Source: Candidatus Nealsonbacteria bacterium (lineage in GTDB: Bacteria > Patescibacteriota > Minisyncoccia > Minisyncoccales > JANBVM01). From it: a DNA stretch of 64,000 nucleotides. The notes below the pieces were generated by a model. The model was not told the origin of the DNA. It made no database searches and worked only from the letters and a program-made list of their open reading frames with translations. The stretch lies in the NCBI GenBank assembly GCA_047456295.1, contig CP179887.1:495159-559158 (forward strand), in the 5' to 3' direction. Shown piece by piece: positions 8,704-18,843 of the stretch. Within the stretch, counting starts at the first letter, position 1; every line of letters starts with the position of its first letter. A program made the position numbers and the translations under genes.

Positions 8704-10231
8704 ACTTTGCGTACTCTATCGTCCTTTTTTCCCTGATTACCGTGACCTTAATTTCTCCAGGATATCTTAACTCTTCTTGGATTTTTCTAGCAATTTCTTT
8801 TGCCAGATTCTTTGCTTTCCAATCATCTATCTCTTCAGGTCTAACAAAAACCCTGATTTCTCTTCCTGCCTGCAGGGCCCAGGCCCTTTCCACCCCGGAA
8901 AAAGAGGTAGCTACGTTTTCCAGGTCTGATAGTCTCTTTAAATAATTCTCTAAGCTATCCTTTCTTGCTCCAGGCCTGGTACCAGATATCTGGTCAGCCA
9001 CCTGGACGAGAACAGATTCAATGCTTTTAGCCGGGTATTCTCCATGATGAGATTTCATGGCATCAATTATTTCTTTGTCTATCTTAAACTTTTCCAATAT
9101 CTTAATTCCAATATCAACGTGGGAGCCCTCAATCTGATGGTCAACCGCTTTTCCAATATCATGGAATAAACCTGCTTTTTTACAGATTAAAGGGTCAGCC
9201 CCTATTTCTTCAGCCAGAAAAGAAGACAGATAAGCTACCTCAATTGAATGGAGCAAGACATTTTGACCGTAACTGGTCCTGAATCTCAATCTTCCCAGTA
9301 ATTGAATGAGTCTTGGGTTTAATCCCACCAGACCCAATTCATATACAGAGGCTTCTCCAGCTTTTTTAATTTGACTGTTTATTTCTTTATTTGCCTCCTT
9401 CACTTTTTCTTCAATCCTGGCTGGCTGGATTCTTCCGTCTAAAATCAGTTTTTCTAGAGCTGTCTTAGCCACCTGTCTTCTGATAGGATCAAAACCTGAG
9501 ATTACTATTGCTTCCGGGGTTTCATCAATAATTAATTCTACTCCGGTTAATCTCTCAAAGGCTCTGATGTTCCTCCCTTCTTTACCAATTATTCTTCCTT
9601 TTATGTCTTCGTTTGGTAAAGAAACAGTACTGGTGGTAATTTCTTGAGCCTGGGGAAGGGCATATTTTTGAATGGCTGTGGCTAGGATGCCCTTGGCCTT
9701 TCTTTCAAACCTTTCATATCCTTCCTTTTCCATCTTACTTATCCTTTCCAGCATATCTGTTTGATATTCTTTTTCCACGTTTTTAAATAATTCAGCTTTA
9801 GCTTCTTTTCTGCTCAAACCAGAGACTTTTTCTAAGTCTTTAACGGCTTTGTCTTTTAATTCTTCTAAGGATGATTTAATCTTTTTTAATTTTTCAATCT
9901 TTTCTTGGAAATCTTTTCGTTTTACTTCAAAATCAGAAAGTTTTCTATCTAAGATACTTTCTCTTTTTGACAGCAACTGCTCGGCTTTAAAAAGCCTTTT
10001 TCTTCTGACTTCCTCTTCTTTTTTTATTTGCCTGAGGATTAGAGAAGCTTTTTCTTTTGATCGAGACAAGACTCCTTCAGACTCCCTTGTTGCTTTCTCG
10101 ATTCTCTTTTGAATCTTTGACTCGATTGTTTTCCAGTCTTTTTTGGCAATTGATTGACGGGCATAATACCCTAAAATTGAACCTATTGAAAGGGAAAATA
10201 TTCCCAGAATTAATTGGGTTAACTGACTCAT
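8702..10231 (-). CDS. rny: Ribonuclease Y
   Basis: 509 aa with an N-terminal TM helix, a Lys/Glu coiled coil, a KH domain (GRIIGKEGRNIRAFE) and an HD domain (LLHSIEVA...FHDIGK). Confidence 0.92.
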   Translation of the reverse strand: MSQLTQLILGIFSLSIGSILGYYARQSIAKKDWKTIESKIQKRIEKATRESEGVLSRSKEKASLILRQIKKEEEVRRKRLFKAEQLLSKRESILDRKLSDFEVKRKDFQEKIEKLKKIKSSLEELKDKAVKDLEKVSGLSRKEAKAELFKNVEKEYQTDMLERISKMEKEGYERFERKAKGILATAIQKYALPQAQEITTSTVSLPNEDIKGRIIGKEGRNIRAFERLTGVELIIDETPEAIVISGFDPIRRQVAKTALEKLILDGRIQPARIEEKVKEANKEINSQIKKAGEASVYELGLVGLNPRLIQLLGRLRFRTSYGQNVLLHSIEVAYLSSFLAEEIGADPLICKKAGLFHDIGKAVDHQIEGSHVDIGIKILEKFKIDKEIIDAMKSHHGEYPAKSIESVLVQVADQISGTRPGARKDSLENYLKRLSDLENVATSFSGVERAWALQAGREIRVFVRPEEIDDWKAKNLAKEIARKIQEELRYPGEIKVTVIREKRTIEYAK

Positions 10232-10369
10232 AATTTAAAGTAAGAAATTGGCTATTTCGCATAATTTAACTGGTCTCCAAAACTGTTTTGCAATTTTGGA
10301 AGAATTATCTAAATAAATCCAAAGTCCAAAGTTATTTTCTACGATATATAAATATATCAAATGTCTTTC

Positions 10370-10396
10370 AAAAAATCAACCCTGTTTGACAGGGTC
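10370..10396 (-). terminator. Rho-independent terminator after the 10430-11110 gene
   Basis: On the minus strand, accctg-tcaaa-cagggt is followed by a T run. Confidence 0.55.
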
Positions 10397-10429
10397 AGGA
10401 TATATGGATTGTTTAACCGAGACAGTAAT

Positions 10430-11110
10430 TTAACTGCCCAGAGCGCCTTTTATTACAGCAGGCAGTCCTTTAGCAAATAAGATAATAGCTAGGGCAATGA
10501 CTGTCCAGAGAATTATTGTTTTAGCTTTGGCTATTGACCCAGGATCACCCCGATTGAATATCATTAAAAAAGCAGCATAAATAAACAAGATAGGGGCAAT
10601 GGCAAAGGCCAGAACAAAAAGGAAGTTTATTAGAGCATCTATTGCCTCCCAGAGACTCCCAGCTTTTAAAGGATTGAAAAGGTCTATGGGACCCCCTCCA
10701 TTGTCTATAGGAGGAGCAGGCGGCATTTCAGAACTGAAAGAATAGACCGGAGAGGAATCAATGAGATTCCCGTTTGCATCGTAGGCAGTAATATTCCACT
10801 GATATGGTGTTAGGTAGTCTATGTCCCCGGCAGTTAAATCCAGAAAATAAAAATAACAGAATCCGTCGCCGGGACAGACATTGTAAGCCTGGATATTATC
10901 TTCTGATTGGGTAAATTGATCAATGTCCAAGATATACTTTGTTGCTCCCCCTGCATGCTCCCATCTAAAATAACCATCAACCGGAACATTAGCTGCCCCA
11001 TTAGGGGGATTTATTAAACCTAAAGGAAGAGCCAGACAAATTTCAGCAAAGATTAAACCCAAAACTACCACTAAAACCTTTTTATATACCTTATTTGGCA
11101 TTATTGTCAT
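10430..11110 (-). CDS. Secreted Ig/FN3-like ectodomain fused to a two-helix TrbC/VirB2-like (T4SS-pilin-like) C-terminal module
   Basis: The signal peptide is followed by NPPNGAANVPVDGYFRWEHAGGATKYILDI...YQWNITAYDANGN. The C-terminal half LWEAIDALINFLFVLAFAIAPILFIYAAFLMIFNRGDPGSIAKAKTIILWTVIALAIILFAKGLPAVIKGALG aligns with 4 other ORFs in this window. Confidence 0.6.
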   Translation of the reverse strand: MTIMPNKVYKKVLVVVLGLIFAEICLALPLGLINPPNGAANVPVDGYFRWEHAGGATKYILDIDQFTQSEDNIQAYNVCPGDGFCYFYFLDLTAGDIDYLTPYQWNITAYDANGNLIDSSPVYSFSSEMPPAPPIDNGGGPIDLFNPLKAGSLWEAIDALINFLFVLAFAIAPILFIYAAFLMIFNRGDPGSIAKAKTIILWTVIALAIILFAKGLPAVIKGALGS

Positions 11111-11121
11111 AATAACATTTT

Positions 11122-12186
11122 TTAATCTTCAACAATAGTTACCCAGGCGGTTGAACAGTCATTTCCCCTGGTTTGATTATCAGAAGCAGAAACGGTTGGC
11201 TCAAAAATACCTGTTTTTTCATAAAAATGAACAGGATTTTGTTCAATTGAAGTTTTATTGTCACCAAAATCCCAGAGATAAAAAATTTGATCTTCTTCTG
11301 AGTCACTAGCTGTCACATTAAACTGAAACCCGGTTTGTCTGGTTCCTTGGGTGGGATTAACCCTGCAAGAAGAGATTTGAGGAGGATGATTGGTTGCAAC
11401 CTTTATTTCAACCAGTTCTCCAAAACCTATGTTTCCAGCAATATCAGAACAAACAAATCTAACAAAAAAATCTTCTTCTTTATCAAAACTGTGATTTAAA
11501 GAAATATTACATTGATTTTCATTTTCACAGGGTATGGGTGAAATTGTGACAGGGGTATCAAGGGGTTTTCCATTAATATAAAACCAGCAACCTGTAATCT
11601 TGCTGTTGTCAGATATAGTGGTATTAAAAACATGCTCTTGATTCAGTTCCAGGTTTTGATTGACAACAATTTTTTGAACCTCAGGTTTTATTAAATCAAT
11701 ATTAAAGACCTTGCTCTTCCATCCTGAATCATTGCCAGCCTGATCAAAGGCCATGGTTGAAACCTTGCATTTTCCCAGAGAGACATTGTCTTTTGAATAA
11801 GAAGAAGAACAGGTTTTTTCCAGACCAACAGGTATGATTATATCAACAGGATCACACTTTCTGAAACCCAGCCTAGCCTGGTCGGTTCCCAGATCCACAA
11901 TAAGGTACTGGCAGCCCTTTTTTCTGTCTATAAAATCTACCAATCCAGACCCTATATCAGAATCATCAATAGTCACCTGAAAATCCTTATTCCACCAGGA
12001 TTTATTTTCTGGTGAAACAATGGCAGTGGAAGGCGGAATCCTATCTTTTTTAACCTCTTCTGGCAATTCATCCTCATCAATGTGGTCAGGGGATTTTACA
12101 AAGAATATAAAATAAACAAAAAGCCCTATTATAACAAGGGCTAAAAATATCAACCAGAATTTTTTAGAAGTCCAAAACTTTTTCAT
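11122..12186 (-). CDS. Membrane-anchored protein with C-terminal PKD domain
   Basis: N-terminal TM helix. The C-terminal FYLWDFGDNKTSIEQNPVHFYEKTGIFEPTVSASDN is a PKD signature (WDFGDG-type). Confidence 0.75.
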   Translation of the reverse strand: MKKFWTSKKFWLIFLALVIIGLFVYFIFFVKSPDHIDEDELPEEVKKDRIPPSTAIVSPENKSWWNKDFQVTIDDSDIGSGLVDFIDRKKGCQYLIVDLGTDQARLGFRKCDPVDIIIPVGLEKTCSSSYSKDNVSLGKCKVSTMAFDQAGNDSGWKSKVFNIDLIKPEVQKIVVNQNLELNQEHVFNTTISDNSKITGCWFYINGKPLDTPVTISPIPCENENQCNISLNHSFDKEEDFFVRFVCSDIAGNIGFGELVEIKVATNHPPQISSCRVNPTQGTRQTGFQFNVTASDSEEDQIFYLWDFGDNKTSIEQNPVHFYEKTGIFEPTVSASDNQTRGNDCSTAWVTIVED

Positions 12187-12193
12187 TAAATTT

Positions 12194-12781
12194 TTACTTT
12201 TTTGTTTTGATTATCTCGTCAATAAGACCGTATTCTTTGGCTTCCTCAACCGAAAGATAGAAATCACGGTCAGTATCTTTTTCAATTTTTCCCAGCTTTT
12301 GACCTGTGTGTTTAGCCAATATCTTGTTTACCCTTTCTTTGAGCTTAATAATGTGTTTGGCTGTAATCTCAATTTCCACAGCCGCTCCCCCTAGCCCGCT
12401 TACAGCTACCTGGTGGAGCAATATCTGGGCATTGGGCAGAGCAAATCTCTTTCCTTTTGTTCCAGCTGCCAGCAAGACGGCTGCCCCTGAAGCTGCAGAT
12501 CCCACGCAGACCGTGGAAACAGAACATTTTATATACTGCATGGTATCGTAAATAGCTAAAGCTGAGGTAAGGACTCCACCTGGTGAATTTATGTATAACT
12601 GGACGTCTTTTTTAGGGTCTTTTGATGCTAAAAAAAGCATTTGGGCAATAACAGAGTTGGCTACTGGATCAATAATAGGACCCCCCAGGAAAATAATCCT
12701 TTCTTTTAAAAGTCTTGAATAGATATCATAGGCTCTTTCTCCGTATTTTGTTTTTTCAATAACAGTGGGAATTAAGCTCAT
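12194..12781 (-). CDS. clpP: ATP-dependent Clp protease proteolytic subunit
   Basis: 195 aa with RIIFLGGPI, a catalytic Ser context [11 protein letters not shown], and HQV. Confidence 0.95.
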   Translation of the reverse strand: MSLIPTVIEKTKYGERAYDIYSRLLKERIIFLGGPIIDPVANSVIAQMLFLASKDPKKDVQLYINSPGGVLTSALAIYDTMQYIKCSVSTVCVGSAASGAAVLLAAGTKGKRFALPNAQILLHQVAVSGLGGAAVEIEITAKHIIKLKERVNKILAKHTGQKLGKIEKDTDRDFYLSVEEAKEYGLIDEIIKTKK

Positions 12782-12838
12782 AAGTGGTGATAAGGCATTA
12801 TTATAGAGATTTTAGCAAAAATTTAAAAATTAATAAAG

Positions 12839-14032
12839 TTATTTTTCTGCTTTTTTTTGTTTCTTCTTGGTTTTTCTTTTCTTTTTAGTTTTTTCTTCTT
12901 TTTTAACTTCCTCTTTTTCTTCTTTCTCTTCCTGGGCATCAGGACTCCTGACATCTATTTTCCATCCAGTAAGTTTTGCTGCCAATCTGACATTTTGACC
13001 ATTTTTACCAATAGCTAAAGACAGTTGGTCTTCAGGAACAACAGCCAAAGCCTTGTTTTTGGGTAAAATTTTGACCTCCAAAACCTTTGCCGGGCTTAAA
13101 GAATTGGTGATATATTGTTTGGGATCCTCTGAATACTCAATAATATCGATTTTTTCTCCTCCTAATTCATTAATCACCACCTGAACCCTGGTTCCTCTTT
13201 GACCCACAGCAGCTCCTATGGGATCAATGCTTTCTTCGGTTGAGGCAACAGCAATCTTTGTTCTTGAGCCTGCTTCTCTGGCTATTGATTTAATGATTAC
13301 TGCCCCTGAAGAGATTTCTGGAACCTCTAGTTCAAATAGTCTGGAAACTAATTTGGGATAAGCTCTGGACAGGAAAATCTTAGGACCCCTGGGCGTTTCT
13401 TCAACCCCTAAGACATAAACCTTTAATCTTTGGCCTGGTCTATAAAACTCTCCTGGAATCTGTTCTTCTCTTGAAAGCACTCCCAGTGTTTTACCAATGT
13501 CTAAAATAATATTTCTTCCTTCTATTCTTTGGACGATTCCAGAAATAAGCTGTTCTTCTTTTGATTTATATTCATCAAAAATGCTCTTTTTTTCTGCTTC
13601 TCTGATTCTTTGCATTATTACCTGTTTTGCTGTTTGAGCTGCAATCCGGCCGTAATCTTTCTGGGTTTTAAGGGGGATGATTAATTCTTCCCCTGATTTA
13701 ATTTTTGACTTTATTTTTTTAGCCTCCTGGAGCATGATATGTTTTTCTGGATTGAAGCGAATCTTTTTTTCACCTTCTTTTTTCTCTTTTAGTTCAACTA
13801 ATTCTTTTTCAGAATAAATCATGTCTTTGTCTGCCACTAATTTTACCTGCCAGAATTTAACCTCTCCTGATTCTGGATTAAGCTTTGCTTTAATGACCTG
13901 CCCCTTTTTCCCATAATCTTTTTTATAGGCAGCAGCTAAGGCCTGTTCAATGGTTTCAATAATCTTTTCTGAAGAAAGACCTTTTTCCTCTGCAATCTGG
14001 GCAATGGCAGATGTAAACATTTTAATATCCAT
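12839..14032 (-). CDS. nusA: Transcription termination/antitermination factor NusA with Lys/Glu-rich tail
   Basis: 397 aa with NusA_N, S1 and two KH domains (IDPIGAAVGQRGTRV, AIGKNGQNVRLAAKLTGWKIDV). Confidence 0.93.
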   Translation of the reverse strand: MDIKMFTSAIAQIAEEKGLSSEKIIETIEQALAAAYKKDYGKKGQVIKAKLNPESGEVKFWQVKLVADKDMIYSEKELVELKEKKEGEKKIRFNPEKHIMLQEAKKIKSKIKSGEELIIPLKTQKDYGRIAAQTAKQVIMQRIREAEKKSIFDEYKSKEEQLISGIVQRIEGRNIILDIGKTLGVLSREEQIPGEFYRPGQRLKVYVLGVEETPRGPKIFLSRAYPKLVSRLFELEVPEISSGAVIIKSIAREAGSRTKIAVASTEESIDPIGAAVGQRGTRVQVVINELGGEKIDIIEYSEDPKQYITNSLSPAKVLEVKILPKNKALAVVPEDQLSLAIGKNGQNVRLAAKLTGWKIDVRSPDAQEEKEEKEEVKKEEKTKKKRKTKKKQKKAEK

Positions 14033-14071
14033 AGCTTTTTATTTAAATTATATTTTTACTGCTTTATTTTT

Positions 14072-14095
14072 AAAAAATGTCCGTGTTTGACGGAC
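14072..14095 (-). terminator. Rho-independent terminator after plsY
   Basis: On the minus strand, gtccgt-caaac-acggac is followed by a T run. Confidence 0.55.
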
Positions 14096-14115
14096 TGTTT
14101 TCAGTTTATCAAAGT

Positions 14116-14787
14116 TTATCTTTTTGTCAATTTTCTAATTATTCTTTTTATTCTTAATTCCAGATAAGGTATATCATCATCAAAGATTAAACGGTTTCTT
14201 AATAAAACACCTTTGTTTTGAGCTTTTTTAATTTCTTCTATGGGACTTAATCTTTTAATGAAAATAGGTATTAATGATATTAAACCCAGCAGTCCTCCTG
14301 TTTCAAACTGGTTTTGACAGACTGACAAGACTATGAAGGTTATTAAAAATAAGATGGTGCCAATGGAAGCATTCCAGACCAAAGCCAATATAACAGGGAC
14401 AATTAAAGAAAGCCCCAGTATCCTGGTTGAAAGAGATAAGGCAGCCCCTACAAAGGTTCCGATTCCCCTGCCGCCTGCAAACCTTAAAAAGCAGGACCAG
14501 TTGTGACCGGTTACAGCAGCTACCCCTGACAGAACCTGAATCAAGACAGGCAAGCCAAGACACTGGGCTGCCATTACAGCTAAGAATCCCTTACCTACAT
14601 CAAGGAATCCGGTCAATACTCCCTGCCACTTACCGATGTTCTTGAACACATTGGAACCAGAGGTCTTTCTCCAGCCCACCTCCAGGATATTCTTTTTTGT
14701 TGAAAGCCTGGTGATTATATATCCAAAAGGAATGGAACCTAAGACATATGAGAAGATAATCCAGAAAAGATTGAAATAATTTTCCAT
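14116..14787 (-). CDS. plsY: Glycerol-3-phosphate acyltransferase PlsY-like (acyl-phosphate dependent)
   Basis: 223 aa, polytopic. The N-terminal GSIPFGYIITRL, a SGSNV motif and HNWSCFLRFAGGRG resemble PlsY motifs. Confidence 0.7.
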   Translation of the reverse strand: MENYFNLFWIIFSYVLGSIPFGYIITRLSTKKNILEVGWRKTSGSNVFKNIGKWQGVLTGFLDVGKGFLAVMAAQCLGLPVLIQVLSGVAAVTGHNWSCFLRFAGGRGIGTFVGAALSLSTRILGLSLIVPVILALVWNASIGTILFLITFIVLSVCQNQFETGGLLGLISLIPIFIKRLSPIEEIKKAQNKGVLLRNRLIFDDDIPYLELRIKRIIRKLTKR

Positions 14788-14842
14788 AAACTAAAAAAAA
14801 TGAAAAGGTTAAAAATATTGTTTAAATACCTGGTCTTGAATT

Positions 14843-16405
14843 TTAAAGGGGTATGTTTCCGTGTTTTCTGGCAATCTTACTTTCTCTTTTATTGACAAGG
14901 GATTCCAGACACTTGATTAAAACAATCCTGGTGTCTTTGGGATGAATAATCATATCCACCTGGCCGAGTTTGGCTGCCTGGTAAGGATTGAGAAAGTATT
15001 CTTTTAGTTCTTGAATTTTTTCTTTCTCCAGTTTTTTTGGATCTTTGCTTTTTAATAATTCTTTCTTGTAAATGATTCTTGCTGCTTGTTCTGGACCCAT
15101 TACTGCAATCTGAGCTGATGGCCAGGCAATAACAATGTCATATCCCAGGTGTCTTGAAGCCAAAGCAATATATGCTCCCCCAAAAGCCTTTCTTAAAATT
15201 AAGCTGATTTTAGGAACAGTAGCTTCAGCAAAAGCATACAAGACCTTGGCACCATGGCGGATGATTCCCTTCTTTTCTTGGTTGGTGCCAGGAAGATAAC
15301 CAGGGGTATCCACCAGATTGATTAAAGGAATGTTGAATGAATCACAGAACCTGACAAAACGAGCAATCTTATCAGAGGAATTAATATCAAGGGTGCCGGC
15401 CATAAATTTTGTTTGGTTTGCCACAATACCAACCACAGATCCTCCCAGTCTGGCAAAACCTATTATTGCGTTTAAGGCAAACCGGGATTGGATTTCAAAG
15501 AAAGACTTCTTATCAAAAACCTCTTCAATTAATTCTTTCATGTCATAGCTTTTTTCTTCTTTTTCCGGCACTATTTCCTGTAATCTGTAGTTTTCTTCTC
15601 TTTCAAAGAACTCAGCTAATATGCTTCTTTCTTTTGGAGGATCTTCCAGATTATTTTGAGGCAGATAAGAAAGAATCTTTTTTACTGCAAAAAAACACTC
15701 TTTTTCAGAGTCAAAAGAAAAATGAGCGCAACCACTTTTTGAATTGTGGACATTGGCACCTCCCAAATCTTCAAAAGAAATCTTTTCTCCGGTTACTCCC
15801 TTAATGACCTCAGGTCCTGTGATATACATCTGGGAGATTCCCTGGACCATGAAGATAAAGTCTGACAGGCCAGGAGTATAACAGGCCCCTCCAGCTGAGG
15901 GTCCCACAATTACAGAGATTTGAGGAATAACCCCGGAAGCCTTAATCATTGCCCTAAAGATGGCAGCATAACCATCAAGACTGGATATGCCTTCCTGTAT
16001 CCTGGCTCCACCTGAATCAATGATACCTGTTACAGGACATCCATTTTTTCTAGCCAGATTAATGATTTTTACAATCTTTTTAGCATGCATTTCGCCCAGA
16101 GTCCCTCCTATTTTTGAAAAATCCTGGCTATAGATATAAATCTGGTTGTTATTCACTTTTCCAAAACCAGTAATTACTGCATCCCCTGGAAACTTTTTCT
16201 TATCTAATCCAAAATTATTAAACCTGGTTTCAACAAAAGGATCCAGTTCAACAAAACTGCCTGGATCCAAGAGCAGGTTGATTCTTTCCCTGGCAGTCAG
16301 TTTTCCTTTCTGGTGCTGCTTTTCAATCAGCTCGGGATTTTCCAGGTCTTTTATTTTTTTGTTTAATTTCTCCCTTTCTTTTTCAAAAGCCATATTTTTA
16401 TTCAC
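14843..16405 (-). CDS. Acyl-CoA carboxylase carboxyltransferase subunit (fused alpha/beta, PccB/AccD family)
   Basis: 520 aa with KGKLTARERINLLLDPGSF and IDSGGARIQEG carboxyl-transferase signatures. Confidence 0.9.
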   Translation of the reverse strand: MNKNMAFEKEREKLNKKIKDLENPELIEKQHQKGKLTARERINLLLDPGSFVELDPFVETRFNNFGLDKKKFPGDAVITGFGKVNNNQIYIYSQDFSKIGGTLGEMHAKKIVKIINLARKNGCPVTGIIDSGGARIQEGISSLDGYAAIFRAMIKASGVIPQISVIVGPSAGGACYTPGLSDFIFMVQGISQMYITGPEVIKGVTGEKISFEDLGGANVHNSKSGCAHFSFDSEKECFFAVKKILSYLPQNNLEDPPKERSILAEFFEREENYRLQEIVPEKEEKSYDMKELIEEVFDKKSFFEIQSRFALNAIIGFARLGGSVVGIVANQTKFMAGTLDINSSDKIARFVRFCDSFNIPLINLVDTPGYLPGTNQEKKGIIRHGAKVLYAFAEATVPKISLILRKAFGGAYIALASRHLGYDIVIAWPSAQIAVMGPEQAARIIYKKELLKSKDPKKLEKEKIQELKEYFLNPYQAAKLGQVDMIIHPKDTRIVLIKCLESLVNKRESKIARKHGNIPL

Positions 16406-16916
16406 TGATTGTTTTCAGTTGTTTTTTAATATATTTTACAATTTCCTTCAAGACCTTTTCATTATCTATTCTTTTACCTAATTCTATTTTAAGGGATGTG
16501 GCAATATTTTCCAGTTCTTTTGGGAATGTATCAATATTGGTGTTTAAACCAATGCCCATTATTGAGAATTTAACATCTGAACCCACTACTGTTTCAGTTA
16601 AGATGCCAGCTATCTTTTTTTGGTTAAGATAAACATCGTTTGGCAGTTTTATAAAGGGTTCCATTTTAAACCTTTCTTTTATTACCTTTGCCACCACAAA
16701 GGCAGCCAAGAGGGTAAGGGTCTGCAGATCATCAATAGTGCTTTTGGGCAGAATGATTGAAAAATAAAGGCCGCCCTTTGGAGAAAACCAGTAATTTTTC
16801 TTTCTGCCGTATCCAGCAGTTTGTTCTTGAGCCAAGACAACCAGCCAGGGTTCAGGTTTTAGTTTTTTTACCAAGGTGTTTGTTGAAGAAACACGTTTAT
16901 ATCTTTTTATTTTCAT
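16398..16916 (-). CDS. birA: Biotin--protein ligase (catalytic domain only)
   Basis: 172 aa. GYGRKKNYWFSPKGGLYFSIIL matches the BPL GRGRxxRxWxSPxGxxLyxS motif. It sits between the BCCP and CT genes. Confidence 0.8.
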   Translation of the reverse strand: MKIKRYKRVSSTNTLVKKLKPEPWLVVLAQEQTAGYGRKKNYWFSPKGGLYFSIILPKSTIDDLQTLTLLAAFVVAKVIKERFKMEPFIKLPNDVYLNQKKIAGILTETVVGSDVKFSIMGIGLNTNIDTFPKELENIATSLKIELGKRIDNEKVLKEIVKYIKKQLKTISE

Positions 16917-17302
16917 TATTCCAAAACAATTAAAATATCCCCTTCTTTGACCTTTTGGTCTTTTTTGACAGAGACCTTTTTTACCCTTCCTTCAAAGTCA
17001 GAGATTATTTCATTTTCCATTTTCATTGCTGACAATAAAATAACTTTTTTACCTTTTTTAATAACATCCCTTTCTTTGACAAAAACCTCTGAGATTATTC
17101 CGGCAATGGGAGCCTTAATCTTCTTTTCAGTAAAATTTCTTTTGGGAAGAGAGGATTTAGCAACCAAAAGCTTTTCTTTTTCCTCTTCTTTTTGTTTAAA
17201 AACAAATTCCTCTCCTTGTACTCTTATTTTTACCGTGTCTCTGTCTGTTTCTTGGATTTCAACAGTATATTCCTTCCCCTTTATGTTTAACTTCAGCTTC
17301 AT
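16916..17302 (-). CDS. accB: Biotin carboxyl carrier protein
   Basis: 128 aa with the biotinyl-lysine motif SAMKMENEI in a lipoyl-like fold. Confidence 0.85.
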   Translation of the reverse strand: MKLKLNIKGKEYTVEIQETDRDTVKIRVQGEEFVFKQKEEEKEKLLVAKSSLPKRNFTEKKIKAPIAGIISEVFVKERDVIKKGKKVILLSAMKMENEIISDFEGRVKKVSVKKDQKVKEGDILIVLE

Positions 17303-17304
17303 AA

Positions 17305-18843
17305 TTATTCTTTGAACATTTTTAATCTTTCTGCCATTACCCAGTTTGAGACAAGACTCCTTTTTTCAGGCAGGGTTTTGTCCAACCTCAGGCTTTTATA
17401 AATCTGAAAGACTATTTGGGCAATTTCTTTTTTCTCCATATCCTTTATTTTAACAGGCATTCTGATGCAGGGCTGGGGTGACAATTTTTCCAGGATATTG
17501 CTTTTTTCAATAAAATTGGTGGTAAAGTTTCCTTTTAGAAAATCTTCATTCTTTAAAAGAAGCTTGAATAAGGGAATGGTGGTTGGAACGCCCTCAATAA
17601 CTATTTCATCTAAAGCCCTTTTTAATCGAGAAATAGCTTCCTTCCTTGTTTTTCCATGAGCAATAACTTTTGCCAAAAGGGAATCAAAATAAGGATAAAT
17701 CTCCTGTCCTTCATGTAAAAAAGTATGCAAGAAGATTCTTTGACCTCCAGGGGGAATATATTTTTGGATTATTCCTGGGCTGGGCCGGAAATTCTTTTTG
17801 GGATCTTCGGCATTAATTCTTGCTTCCATTGCCCATCCATTAAAGAAGATATCATCTTGAGAAAAAGGAATACCCTGGCCCTGGGCAATCCTTATCTGCT
17901 GTTCTACTATGTCAATGCCGGTTACAGCTTCAGTCACAGGATGTTCTACCTGGAGCCTAGGATTGACTTCTAAGAAATAAAGATTTTTATTTTCATCTGC
18001 CAGGAATTCAACCGTACCTGCCCCTTGATATCTTAAGTATTTACCCAAATTTACTGCCAACATTCTTATTTTTTTTCTTTCTTGTTCATCAAGAAAAGGA
18101 GAGGGTGCTTCTTCAAACAGTTTTTGGAACCTTCTTTGAATGGTGCATTCCCTTTCTCCTAAATGAACGACCTTATTTCTGTCTCCCAATATCTGAACCT
18201 CGATATGTCTTGCATTAGGAAGGTGTTTTTCAAGAAAGAAATCTGTTTCAGAAAAAGCTGTAGCTATCTGTCTTTGGATTCCAGCTGATATGGTGAAAAG
18301 GTCTCCAAAATCAATCTTACCATTGATTACCCGAATGCCAATTCCTCCTCCTCCTTTCTGGGCTTTTAAAATAAAAGGAGGTTTAATCTCTTTCACCCAT
18401 TTCACCAAATCCTTTTTTGTTTTAATCGGGCCCTTGCTGGCCGGCAGGGTGGGAATACCCATTTTTCGGGCTATCTTTTTTGCTTCAATTTTATCTTCCA
18501 GTTTTTTTAAAGTCTTAAAATGAGGTCCAATAAACCAGATTTTGTTCTTCTGGCAGAGTTTGGCAAACCTCCAGTTTTCAGCCAAAAATCCGTAACCTGG
18601 ATGAATGGCATCAACCCTGGCTTTTTTGGCAATTTCAATAATCTTTTTCTTATCGAGATAACCTGCTGCCCCTTCTTTTTCCAAAAAATAATATTCATCA
18701 GCCATCCTTGTTTCAAGGAAGTTTTGTTCTTGGCCTGGAAAGGGACAGAGAGCAACTGTTTTAATATCCATTTCCTGGCAGGTCCTGATTATCCGCAGGG
18801 CAATCTCGCCCCGATTGGCAATGAGAATTTTTTTAATTGTCAT
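17305..18843 (-). CDS. accC: Biotin carboxylase (ATP-grasp) with C-terminal extension
   Basis: 512 aa with KKILIANRGEIALRIIRT, GGGGIGIR and EVNPRLQVEHPVTE. Confidence 0.92.
   Translation of the reverse strand: MTIKKILIANRGEIALRIIRTCQEMDIKTVALCPFPGQEQNFLETRMADEYYFLEKEGAAGYLDKKKIIEIAKKARVDAIHPGYGFLAENWRFAKLCQKNKIWFIGPHFKTLKKLEDKIEAKKIARKMGIPTLPASKGPIKTKKDLVKWVKEIKPPFILKAQKGGGGIGIRVINGKIDFGDLFTISAGIQRQIATAFSETDFFLEKHLPNARHIEVQILGDRNKVVHLGERECTIQRRFQKLFEEAPSPFLDEQERKKIRMLAVNLGKYLRYQGAGTVEFLADENKNLYFLEVNPRLQVEHPVTEAVTGIDIVEQQIRIAQGQGIPFSQDDIFFNGWAMEARINAEDPKKNFRPSPGIIQKYIPPGGQRIFLHTFLHEGQEIYPYFDSLLAKVIAHGKTRKEAISRLKRALDEIVIEGVPTTIPLFKLLLKNEDFLKGNFTTNFIEKSNILEKLSPQPCIRMPVKIKDMEKKEIAQIVFQIYKSLRLDKTLPEKRSLVSNWVMAERLKMFKE

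Noticed and set aside
12839-14032. nusA is not adjacent to infB/rbfA (39342-41193), considered as a rearrangement signal
   Set aside because: Operon fragmentation is common in reduced genomes, and nothing at either locus (no repeats, no mobile genes) indicates a recent event.
10378-14095. Shared TGTTTGAC core in the loops of the two terminator hairpins at 10378-10395 and 14079-14095, considered as a possible conserved regulatory or uptake motif
   Set aside because: There are only two occurrences, and the other terminators in the window (35055, 38968, 54721, 54908) do not share the core. It is most simply coincidence in AT-rich loop sequence.
14843-18843. Biotin enzyme genes considered as a Na+-pumping decarboxylase (methylmalonyl-CoA/oxaloacetate decarboxylase) rather than a carboxylase
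   Set aside because: An ATP-grasp biotin carboxylase is present and no integral-membrane beta subunit is adjacent. This favours an ATP-dependent acyl-CoA carboxylase, although substrate specificity (acetyl- versus propionyl-CoA) cannot be read from the sequence.
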